64,000 nucleotides of DNA from an uncultured Trueperaceae bacterium (GTDB lineage Bacteria > Deinococcota > Deinococci > Deinococcales > Trueperaceae): assembly GCA_963799485.1 (NCBI GenBank), contig CAWCXJ010000013.1, forward strand, positions 288,001 to 352,000, given 5' to 3'. The translations under genes and the position numbers were made by a program. Below the pieces are notes generated by a model. It was not told the DNA's origin. It did no database searches and was given only the letters and a program-made list of their open reading frames with translations. This document shows, piece by piece, positions 10,827 to 21,849 of this stretch (positions are counted from its first letter, which is position 1; each line of letters opens with the position of its first letter).

Positions 10827-10997
10827 CACCACTTCCGCGCCGATGCTGAACTCATCGGCACCGATGAGCGGCACGACGGTACGCTCGAGCCCCACCATGC
10901 CGCCACAAAGGCGTTCACCAATACCAGCAGGGCTGAACTGTGACCTGTTCTCCTCAAGGCCGAGTCGGACATTTCGTTGCGGCGAGGTGCTCACCAT
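10820..10997 (-). pseudogene. N-terminal remnant of an MFS transporter
   Basis: LGLEENRSQF / ALLVLVNAFV / GGMVGLERTVVPLIG split over two frames; truncated against the arsC remnant. Confidence 0.6.
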
Positions 10998-11108
10998 AGC
11001 ATCAGCCCTTTACGGCTAGACTTGCAGCTTGCCTGGCGAAGATAGCTCGGTCGAGGGATTGGATGAGCAGCGATCTGGATAATCTTACAGAAACCTGCAC
11101 AAGGGTTC

Positions 11109-11876
11109 TCAAAGCACTTTGGGCACATTTTGATAAAGAATAAATGCGCCCATTGCAAGCAGAAACACCGCGAACACGCGTTTAAGAAGCACCTGCGGCA
11201 TACTACGGCCCAAGCGGTTGCCCAGGAAGCTCCCGACCACTCCGAGGCCGGTAAAGATAAAGACCACGTTCCAGTCCACCGTGAGGTTCAGGTCGGTAAG
11301 GACGTTCAGATACTCGAAAAAACCAACGAACGACTTGAGCGCGATGATCAAGAGACTTGTGCCGATGGCAATATGCATCGGCAAACCACCTAGAAGGGCC
11401 AGGGCCGGGACGATCAGGAACCCTCCGCCAACCCCTACGAGTCCCGTTACAGCGCCAACCGTCAGGCCCTCGAGCCCAATTTTCCAGAGTTCGTGAGGTT
11501 TATCAGCCTGCACCGCCTCAGTGTCATCAGGACGAAACATGAAAATGGCAGCGAGCAGCATGATACCGGCGAACAGCAGGAGCTGAACGGTGCCGCTCAC
11601 GTACTGGGCGATATAGGCTCCGAGAAACGAACCCGCCATACCCGGCAGGCCAAAAAAGAGCACGTTGCGCCAGGAGATCCGGCGGCTTAGGGCAAAAGGT
11701 AGCGCGCCGATGAGGCTGATGCCTCCGACGATAGCAAGCGAGCTAGCGATAGCTACCTTGTCGGGTTGCCCCACCAGGTACACAAGGACGGGCACTGTGA
11801 CGATAGAACCACCCGATCCCAGAAGTCCCAAGCTCACGCCGATGGCGAGCGCGCCGAGCCAAGCAGCGATAATCAT
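11109..11876 (-). CDS. Sulfite exporter TauE/SafE family
   Basis: Duplicated GLLGSGGS and GLVGVGGGFLIVP motifs; AIGTSL; about 8 TM segments. Confidence 0.9.
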   Translation of the reverse strand: MIIAAWLGALAIGVSLGLLGSGGSIVTVPVLVYLVGQPDKVAIASSLAIVGGISLIGALPFALSRRISWRNVLFFGLPGMAGSFLGAYIAQYVSGTVQLLLFAGIMLLAAIFMFRPDDTEAVQADKPHELWKIGLEGLTVGAVTGLVGVGGGFLIVPALALLGGLPMHIAIGTSLLIIALKSFVGFFEYLNVLTDLNLTVDWNVVFIFTGLGVVGSFLGNRLGRSMPQVLLKRVFAVFLLAMGAFILYQNVPKVL

Positions 11877-11942
11877 CGAGGTCTCCCGAACTGGCCCACA
11901 ACAGGCACCGGGTTTCCGGATAGACAGGGGGGGTTTTTGGCT

Positions 11943-12236
11943 TTATTCGGTAGGAAGACCACGTTGCCTCCACCCTGCTGTGCCGCCCATGAGGTTCGCC
12001 ACCGCTTCATACCCTTGCTCCGCCAGATATTGGGCTGCTTGTCCCGAGCGGTTGCCGCCGGTACACACCAGCACGACAGGTTTCTTGACTTCATCGCTAC
12101 GGTTGGGAAGCTGTACCAAGGGAATGTTCACAGCACCGGGCAGGTGACCATGCGTGTACTCCCCGGGCCCGCGCACGTCGATAATCTGTGCGCCTTTTTC
12201 TTTCCACCGGCTGACTTCAAAGATGTCGTGATACAT
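11943..12236 (-). CDS. Single-domain rhodanese (sulfurtransferase)
   Basis: IIDVR..EY..GHLPGA, active-site CTGGNRS, NLMGG..W. Confidence 0.92.
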   Translation of the reverse strand: MYHDIFEVSRWKEKGAQIIDVRGPGEYTHGHLPGAVNIPLVQLPNRSDEVKKPVVLVCTGGNRSGQAAQYLAEQGYEAVANLMGGTAGWRQRGLPTE

Positions 12237-12316
12237 GAGGCGGCTCCTTTTGTTCGCAACAAGTTTGCCGGAAAGGGCGACGAAGGGACGGAAGATACCC
12301 GCCCCTTTTCCTGAAA

Positions 12317-13711
12317 CTAGGCATCGACCCGTCGTTGTTGAGCCTTTTCCCAGCCGAGGTACGAGCCCTCGAGCTCTACGACGTTCGCAAATCCGGCCGC
12401 GCGCAGGGCACTCGAGACCACCGTGTTGCGTGCGCCCCCCTGGCAGTGTGTCACTAAGGGGCGGTCTTTAGGCAGCTTGCCCAGGTCCCACATCACCCGG
12501 CCCGCGTGAAGCCGCTGTGCCTCGGGGAGGTGTCCGGCCTCGTATTCACTCTTAGTCCGAATATCGAGGATAAAGGGGTCATCAAGCGCGGCAAGGGCCT
12601 CAGGTGCCACCGTGTTCACCTGAGCGCGCTCGAGGTTGCCGAAGTCGGTCACAAAACCCGCCACGTTGTCGATGCCTACGTACGATAATCGGTCGCGCAA
12701 CGTTTCTGCTTGCGCCGCGTCCTGAGCCAGTAGCACGATGTCGCGCTTGTCCTTTTCGGGGTCGATCACGTATGAGGCGTAGGTCACAAAGGTCTTGCCC
12801 GCAGGAAGGTGCAGCACACCCTTGACGGCGTCATGCTCGTAGACGTCGCGGGCGCGGGTGTCGATCAGAATGAGGCTATTCCCTACACCGCTGAGCTGAT
12901 CAGGGTCGAGGCGCTTGGGGGTGCCTCGGTCGCCCAGCAGGGGCGGGCCGGCACGGTTCATTTGCTTCATCCGGTTAAAGTAGACGGGCGCGTCGGGCTG
13001 CCCCTCGAGCAGCGCCTTTATAAAGCCCGCTTCGTCGTCGTTCTGGACAAAAGTAGGCCACCAGGAAACCAGCTTCTCATAACCGACTGTGGAGCTATCT
13101 ACGGCACCCAGGGACTTCCCGCAGGCGCTACCCGCGCCGTGGCCCGGCCAGACCTGAACGAAATCGGGCAAGGTAACGAACTTCTCTTTAAGGCTCCCAA
13201 AAAGCTCTTTAGTCATGGGTAAGCGCGTATCACCACCGGCTGTTTCATCGAGAAGGTCCGGGCGGCCTAAGTCGCCGACAAAAACGAAGTCGCCGGTAAG
13301 CACATAACCGGGTTCAGCGGTCGCCGCGCCGTCCGTGATCAGGAACGCGAGGTGCTCCGGAGTGTGTCCGGGCGTATGCACCGCTGTGAGGGTGATGTTG
13401 CCGAGCTTGATCTCGCTACCATCTACGAGTCCTTCATGCTCGAAGCGGTACTGCCAGTTCTCGCCGCCCTCATCGGAGAGATAGAGCGTCGCACCGGTTG
13501 CCTGGGCAAGCTCACGAGCGCCGGAAAGGTAATCGGCGTGGATGTGGGTCTCGGTCACAGCAACGATCTTCATATGGTTGCGCTCGGCCTCGTCCAAATA
13601 CACCCGGACGTCGCGGCGCGGGTCGACGACAACAGCCGTTGCGTTGGACTGGCAGCCGATGAGATAGCTCGCTTGCGCCAGGTCTTCGTCGTAGATTCGC
13701 TTAAACAGCAT
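12317..13711 (-). CDS. Persulfide dioxygenase-rhodanese fusion (CstB/Blh-like MBL-fold protein)
   Basis: THIHADY, HTPGHTPEH, GDFVFVGD and PGHGAGSACGK motifs; C-terminal rhodanese HCQGGAR. Confidence 0.9.
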   Translation of the reverse strand: MLFKRIYDEDLAQASYLIGCQSNATAVVVDPRRDVRVYLDEAERNHMKIVAVTETHIHADYLSGARELAQATGATLYLSDEGGENWQYRFEHEGLVDGSEIKLGNITLTAVHTPGHTPEHLAFLITDGAATAEPGYVLTGDFVFVGDLGRPDLLDETAGGDTRLPMTKELFGSLKEKFVTLPDFVQVWPGHGAGSACGKSLGAVDSSTVGYEKLVSWWPTFVQNDDEAGFIKALLEGQPDAPVYFNRMKQMNRAGPPLLGDRGTPKRLDPDQLSGVGNSLILIDTRARDVYEHDAVKGVLHLPAGKTFVTYASYVIDPEKDKRDIVLLAQDAAQAETLRDRLSYVGIDNVAGFVTDFGNLERAQVNTVAPEALAALDDPFILDIRTKSEYEAGHLPEAQRLHAGRVMWDLGKLPKDRPLVTHCQGGARNTVVSSALRAAGFANVVELEGSYLGWEKAQQRRVDA

Positions 13712-13762
13712 GGACTTCTCCTTATCGTGGTCAAGTCACCAGTTGGACTTGAAGACACCATA

Positions 13763-13779
13763 ATACCCCTATGGGGTAT
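13763..13779. promoter_or_regulatory. CsoR/CstR-type operator ATACCCC-TAT-GGGGTAT
   Basis: Perfect C-tract/G-tract inverted repeat between the minus-strand TTGACA (13786-13781) and TATGGT. Confidence 0.8.
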
Positions 13780-13825
13780 CTGTCAAGTTTAGATAACGAC
13801 AGTTTCATCCGATTATATAAAACAA

Positions 13826-13869
13826 TTGACACTTTGAGATACACATTGCATAATACCCCCTATGGATAT
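13826..13869 (+). promoter_or_regulatory. Sigma70 promoter TTGACA-N17-CATAAT with a second operator ATACCCCCTATGGATAT overlapping a leaderless ATG
   Basis: -35 at 13826-31, -10 at 13849-54, ATG at 13862; operator copy at 13853-13869. Confidence 0.75.
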
Positions 13870-14428
13870 TATAGATTTATTGAGGCAACCTTGGCCCTGG
13901 TATGTTGCTGGGCCCCTTATAGGTCTGCTCGTTCCCGCACTCTTGCTCCTTGGCAACAAGCAGTTCGGCTTCTCGGCCAACTTAAGTCACGTCTGTGCCA
14001 TGGTCCCGAACCGGGTCAATTTCTTTAAGTACGACTGGCGCAGAGAATCGTGGAATCTGGTGTTTGCCTTAGGTACGCTCCTGGGCGGCCTCATTGCAGG
14101 GATCCTCCTCCAGAGCCCAGAACCACTCCAGGTATCGGCTCAAACGGCGACCGACCTAAGTGCGCTAGGGGTGCAAGTAGACGGTCAGTTCGTTCCCACC
14201 GACCTTTTTAGCTGGTCGGGCCTCCTGACCCTGCCCGGCTTCATCCTCATGGTGTTTGGGGGCTTTTTAGTAGGCTTTGGCGCGCGTTACGCAGGCGGCT
14301 GCACCTCGGGACACGCCATTTCCGGCCTCGCCAACCTGCAACTCCCCTCGCTCGTTGCGGTCATCGGGTTTTTCATCGGTGGACTTTTCACCACCTTCGT
14401 GCTTTTGCCCCTCATTCTTAGTCTCTAG
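13862..14428 (+). CDS. YeeE/YedE family sulfur transporter subunit
   Basis: PWPWYVAG and GFGARYAGGCTSGHAISG motifs. Confidence 0.9.
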   Translation: MDIIDLLRQPWPWYVAGPLIGLLVPALLLLGNKQFGFSANLSHVCAMVPNRVNFFKYDWRRESWNLVFALGTLLGGLIAGILLQSPEPLQVSAQTATDLSALGVQVDGQFVPTDLFSWSGLLTLPGFILMVFGGFLVGFGARYAGGCTSGHAISGLANLQLPSLVAVIGFFIGGLFTTFVLLPLILSL

Positions 14429-14434
14429 GAGATC

Positions 14435-14902
14435 ATGATGGACGCCGCTCAAACCAGTATGCAAACCCGGCCGACGCCCAGGCCTCTGCTAGCTAACACT
14501 AAGTTTCTTGTGCTGGGCCTGTTATTCGGCTTCATCCTGGTGAAATCGCAAGTCATCTCCTGGTACCGCATTCAGGAAATGTTCCGCTTTCAGTCGTTCC
14601 ATATGTACGGCGTGATAGGTACCGCTGTTCTCGTCGGCATTATCTCTATCTGGCTGCTCAAGCGCTTTGACGTTCACGCACTGGACGGCACCCCAATCAA
14701 ACTGGCACCTAAAGACCCCACCTACAAGCGCTACATCTTCGGAGGTACCCTCTTTGGGCTCGGATGGGCCATGACGGGCGCATGCCCAGGCCCCATTGCC
14801 GCGCTGATCGGCGGTGGTTACAGTGTCTTTCTTGTGGTGTTCGCCAGCGCCCTGCTTGGCACCTGGGCTTATGGAGTCCTACGCAAGCAGCTACCTCACT
14901 AA
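14435..14902 (+). CDS. YeeE/YedE family sulfur transporter subunit (second half-type)
   Basis: [18 protein letters not shown] and [14 protein letters not shown] motifs. Confidence 0.88.
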   Translation: MMDAAQTSMQTRPTPRPLLANTKFLVLGLLFGFILVKSQVISWYRIQEMFRFQSFHMYGVIGTAVLVGIISIWLLKRFDVHALDGTPIKLAPKDPTYKRYIFGGTLFGLGWAMTGACPGPIAALIGGGYSVFLVVFASALLGTWAYGVLRKQLPH

Positions 14903-14956
14903 CGTCTACCCAACCCTAAGGTTTGCTCGGCTCAGCACGCTGAAAGGAATCAAGGC

Positions 14957-15226
14957 TTGAAACAAAAAGCCCCTGTCGGAGAAAAAACAAAAGTGCTCAA
15001 CCGACTTCGCCGCTTGGAAGGTCAGGTGCGCGGCTTACAAAAGATGATTGAGGAAGAGCGTAGCTGCCACGAGATCCTCGCTCTCTTTTCCAGCGTTCGG
15101 AGCGCACTCGACGGTACCGCCGACGTTGTTTTGGAAACCTACCTCAAGGAGTGCCAACAGGACTTCCTTACAGGCGAGATTCAAGTAAGCGACGTCATCA
15201 AAGCAGTCAAACTGGCCAGGGGATAA
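14957..15226 (+). CDS. CsoR/RcnR family repressor, CstR-like
   Basis: NRLRRLEGQVRGLQKMIEEERSC; second Cys in YLKEC; lacks the metal-binding His. Confidence 0.88.
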   Translation: MKQKAPVGEKTKVLNRLRRLEGQVRGLQKMIEEERSCHEILALFSSVRSALDGTADVVLETYLKECQQDFLTGEIQVSDVIKAVKLARG

Positions 15227-15390
15227 GTCCTCTAGCGGTACTTGGCGTCAAGCTCTCGACGCCGACCGTAACATCGGCTTGCTTCTGCCTTGCAACGTCG
15301 TCATTAAGGAAAACAAATAAGGGAACTGATGTGAGCATCCGCGAGCTCGAGGTGAGGTTCGGAGACCTTCCACACTTGGCGAAGGCGAGG

Positions 15391-15818
15391 CTACAGGCGG
15401 TTCTCGAGCCTCAACCTATAGACGAGCTCCCCCACGCCCTCATCCGCAATATTTTCAATCAGGCCGTTCGCCGTAAAACCCATATGCAGGTGCCACCTTT
15501 GCGGCTCCGGTTCGTCTGTTTGCGACGAGCCGAGAAGCGCCACATAGCCCTGAGCGCGGAGGTGGTCTTTTAAGTAAGACAGCAGGAGCCTCGAATACCC
15601 CCTTCCCCGGTGCGCCGCCGCAATTTCAATCAGCCCCGTAAACGGCACCGTCGTCCACAGCACAGCGTACCGAACAAGGCCGACGACGTTACCGTAAGCT
15701 TCCAAAACGATGACCTCGCCGCCCGCAATTTTTTGCCGCCACACGCGTTCTTTAGGCCAAGGGTCAAGTTCTCGCAGCGCAGCTACGTCGTCAAGCTGAG
15801 CAAGCCGAACAGACGCGC

Positions 15819-15822
<4 letters not shown>
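15391..15822 (-). CDS. GNAT family N-acetyltransferase
   Basis: [10 protein letters not shown] motif A; MGF near the C-terminus; overlaps the glpK stop. Confidence 0.8.
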
Positions 15823-17318
<1,496 letters not shown>

Positions 17319-17442
17319 GCCTCCTTGTGTGAGGCTAAAATAGCATGAGATAGCCTCTAAGCGGTTCGGCTAGGTTTTTACGAAGCCGAGAATCGTGCCG
17401 GAGAAGCAATAGTTTGGGGCAGCGACACCTTAAGGTGGTGCT

Positions 17443-18474
17443 ATGACTAAAGACAGCAACCAAAGAATTGTTCTCGCGTCTCGCCCTGAAGGTCAACCGA
17501 GTAAAGAAAACTTCAGGCTCGAGCACGCTGACATCCCCGAACCCGGGGACGGCGAGGTGCTGCTGCAGACCGTCTATCTCTCGCTAGACCCGTATATGCG
17601 GGGCCGCATGAGCGCCGCAGCGTCTTACGCCGACCCGGTCGAGCTGGGCCAGGTCATGGTGGGGAGCACGGTCAACCGGGTTGTCGCCTCAAAACACCCG
17701 GATTACACCGAGGGCGACGTGGTGCTGGGTAGCAGCGGCTGGCAGCAGTACAGCCTTGCCGGGGGCGCGGGTTTACGCAAGCTGGACCCCGCCCAAGCAC
17801 CGGTCTCGAGCGCGCTGAGCGTTTTAGGCATGACCGGTTTGACCGCCTACGTCGGCCTCTTGGACATCGGCAAACCACAAGCGGGCGAGACCGTGGTCGT
17901 CTCGTCGGCAGCGGGCGCAGTCGGGTCGGTCGTCGGGCAAATCGCCAAGCTTAAAGGCTGCCGCGTCGTCGGCATTGCGGGTGCAGATGAGAAAAACGCC
18001 TACCTCAAAGAGACCCTGGGATTCGACGAAAGCCTGAACTACAAGGCTGAAGGTTTTGCTGCCGAGCTCGCTAGAGCCTGCCCGAACGGGGTTGACGTGT
18101 ACTTTGAAAACGTCGGCGGCGGAGTATTTGAAGCCGTGCTGCCGCTCTTTAACGTCGGCGCGCGCGTCCCGGTTTGCGGTCTGATCGCGCATTACAACCA
18201 GACCTCGTTACCCGAAGGCCCCAACCAGGTTCCCCGGCTGATGTCTTTGGTGCTTACCAAACGGCTGCTGCTTCAGGGCTTTATCGTCGGCGATCATCTG
18301 GCGCGGCTGCCGGACTTTACCCGCGATATGAGCCGGTGGGTCAGCTCAGGGGAGGTCAAGTACAAAGAAGATATCGTCGAAGGTTTGGAGAACGCGCCGG
18401 GGGCGTTTCTCGAGCTGCTCGCGGGGGGGAATTTCGGCAAGCTTTTGGTTCAGGTTTCGGCGCCGCCAAGTTGA
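17443..18474 (+). CDS. NADP-dependent oxidoreductase (CurA/YncB, PTGR-like)
   Basis: SLDPYMRGRM, LGMTGLTAY, AAGAVGSVVGQIAK and YFENVGG motifs. Confidence 0.92.
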   Translation: MTKDSNQRIVLASRPEGQPSKENFRLEHADIPEPGDGEVLLQTVYLSLDPYMRGRMSAAASYADPVELGQVMVGSTVNRVVASKHPDYTEGDVVLGSSGWQQYSLAGGAGLRKLDPAQAPVSSALSVLGMTGLTAYVGLLDIGKPQAGETVVVSSAAGAVGSVVGQIAKLKGCRVVGIAGADEKNAYLKETLGFDESLNYKAEGFAAELARACPNGVDVYFENVGGGVFEAVLPLFNVGARVPVCGLIAHYNQTSLPEGPNQVPRLMSLVLTKRLLLQGFIVGDHLARLPDFTRDMSRWVSSGEVKYKEDIVEGLENAPGAFLELLAGGNFGKLLVQVSAPPS

Positions 18475-18541
18475 TCGTTGGGCTGCCGGGTTCAGCTGCG
18501 CTAGCCAAGTTTTACTTGCAACTGTGCGGTATCGTAAGCTT

Positions 18542-19276
18542 ATGGACTGCTGTCAAGTAGACGGACTCCGCCGCGTTTTTCGTGGTCGTCCGGTCAACCA
18601 AGAGGTCAAGGCGTTTACCCGTCACGGCCCCAACGCCCGTCAGACGGCCTTGCTCGCGGCTTTGGGCAAAGTTGATGGAACCGTCGAGGACGCGCGTGTA
18701 CTCGATATCGGGGGCGGCATCGGCGTTTTGGCGCTGAGTTTGTTGGCGCGTGGCGCAAGTGCCGCGCAGCTCGTCGAAGTCTCCCCGGCTTACCTGCGCG
18801 CGGCCCGAACGTTAGCTGCAGGGCGGGGCGTTGCTGAACAGCTCGAGCTGCTCGAGGGCGACTTCGTAACCCTGAGTGGGGTCGCGCCCGCCGATATCGT
18901 CACGCTCGACCGGGTGGTGTGCTGCTACCCCGACGCCGACGCGCTGCTGGGCAAGGCGGCGCATAAGAGCCGCCGCTGGCTGCTCTTTACCTATCCGTCC
19001 CCTTCGTGGCTGACAAGGTTTTTCCGGGGCGGTCTAAACGGCCTGATGCGGGTGCTGGGCTGGTCGTACCGGTTTTACCTGCACGACGAAACGCGCCTTC
19101 TGGCTGCCGCGCAGAGAGCGGGTCACCGGCTTGTTGCCAGACGAGACCTGGGGGTGTGGCGGTTGGTGGTGCTCGAGCGTCAGACGCTAACATTTCAAGC
19201 TAACGCTTCCCTAACTTTACTCGAACCCCGAGCAGGTAACGTAGTTGCCAGCTTTTCACACTATCTGGAGGGATAA
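18542..19276 (+). CDS. Class I SAM-dependent methyltransferase
   Basis: VLDIGGGIG and LDRVVCCYPD motifs; start set at ATG 18542 (TATCGT-N6-ATG). Confidence 0.82.
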   Translation: MDCCQVDGLRRVFRGRPVNQEVKAFTRHGPNARQTALLAALGKVDGTVEDARVLDIGGGIGVLALSLLARGASAAQLVEVSPAYLRAARTLAAGRGVAEQLELLEGDFVTLSGVAPADIVTLDRVVCCYPDADALLGKAAHKSRRWLLFTYPSPSWLTRFFRGGLNGLMRVLGWSYRFYLHDETRLLAAAQRAGHRLVARRDLGVWRLVVLERQTLTFQANASLTLLEPRAGNVVASFSHYLEG

Positions 19277-20166
19277 TGAAAAAATTTTCGGTACTGCTGA
19301 CCATCTCCTGGTGTCTCTTGCTGAGCGCCGCATTCGGATCGGCCCAAGTTGAAGAGCGTGCTGCTGAACCCGTCGTCATCGGTTCAGCGAATTTTGCCGA
19401 AAGCGAACTCTTGGCAGAAATTTTCGCGCAAGCCTTGGAAGCCAACGACGTCACTGTCGAGCGGAACTTCGACTTGGGTTCACGTGAGGTCTACCTCGAG
19501 GCGCTCAAGGAGGGCAAGATCGACCTGGTGCCCGAATATTTGGGTTCCGCACTTCGTTATCTGAGTGGCGACGCGGCGGCGGGCAACCCTACGGCTGCGG
19601 CTACCCAGAAAGCCCTGCAAAAAGCGCTTCAGGAGACCGAGCTGCAGGCGCTTGGTTACGCTAAAGCCGAAAATACCAACGTGGTCGTCGTGACGCAGGC
19701 ACTCGCCGACAAATACGACCTCACCAATATCAGCGACTTGCAAAACGCCGCTGATAAGTTGGTCTTTGGCGGCTCAGCCGAGTGTATGGAACGGATTGCG
19801 TGTTACCGGGGTCTTACCGACGTTTACAAGCTACAGTTTCGCGCGGTCAAGACGTTGGATACCGCCGGCCCCGACACTGTTAAAGCCCTAGCGGACGGTG
19901 AGGTGGACGTTACGTTTTTGTTTAGCACGCAGGGCGTCATCGCCGAACGGGGCTTTGTGATTTTGGCGGACGACCAGGGCACACAACCTGCGGAAAACAT
20001 CGTACCCGTCGTCCGTACAAAAACGGTTACAGACTTGGGAGAGCGCCTTACAAGTCCGCTCGACGCGGTGACCCAAAGGTTAACGACCGACGAACTGCGG
20101 GCGCTCAACACGCGTCTAGATGAGGGTATGGCGTTAAAAGAGGTCGCGCGGACATGGCTGGAGTAG
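19276..20166 (+). CDS. Glycine betaine/osmoprotectant ABC substrate-binding protein (OsmF/OpuAC-like)
   Basis: IGSANFAESELLAEI, IDLVPEYLG and LADD motifs; signal peptide; GGAGG RBS. Confidence 0.88.
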   Translation: MKKFSVLLTISWCLLLSAAFGSAQVEERAAEPVVIGSANFAESELLAEIFAQALEANDVTVERNFDLGSREVYLEALKEGKIDLVPEYLGSALRYLSGDAAAGNPTAAATQKALQKALQETELQALGYAKAENTNVVVVTQALADKYDLTNISDLQNAADKLVFGGSAECMERIACYRGLTDVYKLQFRAVKTLDTAGPDTVKALADGEVDVTFLFSTQGVIAERGFVILADDQGTQPAENIVPVVRTKTVTDLGERLTSPLDAVTQRLTTDELRALNTRLDEGMALKEVARTWLE

Positions 20167-20279
20167 CGGGTAAAACAACCCGGAAGCAGGCCGACTGTAA
20201 CCGACACCAGGACCAAAACTCTGCTGCGGCCTACTTTACAAAAGTCGCGCTGCGCTAAGCTGAACCTTTGGAGGTCACC

Positions 20280-20654
20280 GTGGGACTTTTCGATAATTTG
20301 TTGGGCAACGCCTCAGAAGTTGACGCCGGCAAGCTCGAGGATGAATTCAAAACGCTGCTGGCGAAAGGCGAACAGATTGAACACGCCTACCGCTTGTTTC
20401 GTGATCTGCTCGTCTTTACCAACAAACGCTTTATCACCGTTGACAAAGAAGGTACCGGCAAGAAACGAACCTATACGTCGGTGCCGTATAGCAGCATCAC
20501 CAAGTTCGCCAAAGAGAGTTCAGCGCGCTTTGAAACGGACGCGGCGATTACGCTGTGGGTTCGGGGCGACCCTGAGCCAACCGCGCTCGAGTTCGGCAGA
20601 GACAAGAGCATCGACGACGTTTACCGGGTGCTCAGCACCTATATCTTGCGGTAG
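20280..20654 (+). CDS. Bacterial PH-domain protein
   Basis: GLFDNLLGNASEVD, RDLLVFTNKR and SVPYSSI motifs; GGAGG then GTG at 20280. Confidence 0.85.
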   Translation: MGLFDNLLGNASEVDAGKLEDEFKTLLAKGEQIEHAYRLFRDLLVFTNKRFITVDKEGTGKKRTYTSVPYSSITKFAKESSARFETDAAITLWVRGDPEPTALEFGRDKSIDDVYRVLSTYILR

Positions 20655-21120
20655 CTGTGGCGTTGGGAGGTAACCCTCGAGCAGCAGTCGATAGGCCAAA
20701 GCACGTCACCTGCTCGCTTTAACCCTCACCGCTCGCGTAGCCTTAGCAAGCAGGCTGTCACCGACAGCAGATGCGTCGTAAGCGCCCGATTAAAAACGGA
20801 TAGGACAACTGCTTACCAAAGCGAACTTTAGACAGAAGCCTGTTTCCCGGTTGTCGGGACGCCGTAAACGGTCATGTAGCGGCAGACGAAACGCTGCAGG
20901 CTTTGGCTCGCGAGGTCAAAAAACGGTTTTAGCGCCGAGGTTGACGACGACCTCGAGCGCCCGGTGCCGGAAGACACCAAGGTCGGTAAATACCGTTGGC
21001 TCGGTTCCGCACAGCTCGATGTTCCAAAAAACCGCGCATCGGACGATCAAGCTGTTTTACGTCTCGTTGGGAGCGCTCCGGCTCTCAACCCGCCAAAAGA
21101 CGACGGCCTATACTAAACTT

Positions 21121-21849
21121 ATGCTCATTTACGGAAAACAAGCCGTCACCGAAGCCCTGCAAGAAGGTTCAGCCGAACGGGTATTCGTCGCGCACGGCGT
21201 CCAGCCCGGAACGCTCAAACAGCTCCAGACCTTGGCCCGTAAAGCCGACGCCGACTTTCAGCTCGTTCCCCGCACGCAGCTCGACCAGACCCTAAAAACC
21301 ACGCGGCATCAGGGCATCGCCGCCGAGCTTCCCGACTTGCAATACGCCGAACCGGACGCACCTTTCAAACTAGCTGAGACTCGCGGAGAGGCACCTTTAC
21401 TCGTCTTGCTCGACCAGATTACCGACCCGCACAATTACGGCGCGATCATCCGCAGCGCCGAGGTCTTGGGCGCGCACGGCGTCGTCACCGAAGAACGGCG
21501 GAGCGCAGGGTTGTCGGCGGTCGTGGCAAAGGTTTCTGCCGGGGCGAGCAGCCATCTGCCGCTCGTACAGGTGAAAAATCTGCCGCGTTATATGGACCAG
21601 CTCAAAGAACGGGGCGTGTGGCTTTACGGCGCGTCGGGTGAGGCGAGCTTGCGCCCGGAGCAGATCGACTGGGACAGACCCGCGGCGCTCGTCATCGGGT
21701 CTGAAGGAACGGGGATGCGGCGGCTCGTGCGGGACAAGTGCGACGACCTCATCGCCATCCCCATGCGCGGCAAGGTAGCGTCGTTGAACGCATCGGTAGC
21801 AGCGGGAATTTTGCTGTATGCGGTGGTGGGCGCGAGACCAAAGCAGTAG
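21121..21849 (+). CDS. rlmB: 23S rRNA Gm2251 methyltransferase (SpoU family)
   Basis: IYGKQAV, HQGI, DPHNYGAIIRSA, IGSEGTG and SLNASVA motifs; TATACT-N6-ATG. Confidence 0.92.
   Translation: MLIYGKQAVTEALQEGSAERVFVAHGVQPGTLKQLQTLARKADADFQLVPRTQLDQTLKTTRHQGIAAELPDLQYAEPDAPFKLAETRGEAPLLVLLDQITDPHNYGAIIRSAEVLGAHGVVTEERRSAGLSAVVAKVSAGASSHLPLVQVKNLPRYMDQLKERGVWLYGASGEASLRPEQIDWDRPAALVIGSEGTGMRRLVRDKCDDLIAIPMRGKVASLNASVAAGILLYAVVGARPKQ

Noticed and set aside
20851..21120. N-terminal extension of rlmB
   Set aside because: Homology starts at MLIYGK (21121), which has a TATACT-N6-ATG leaderless signal
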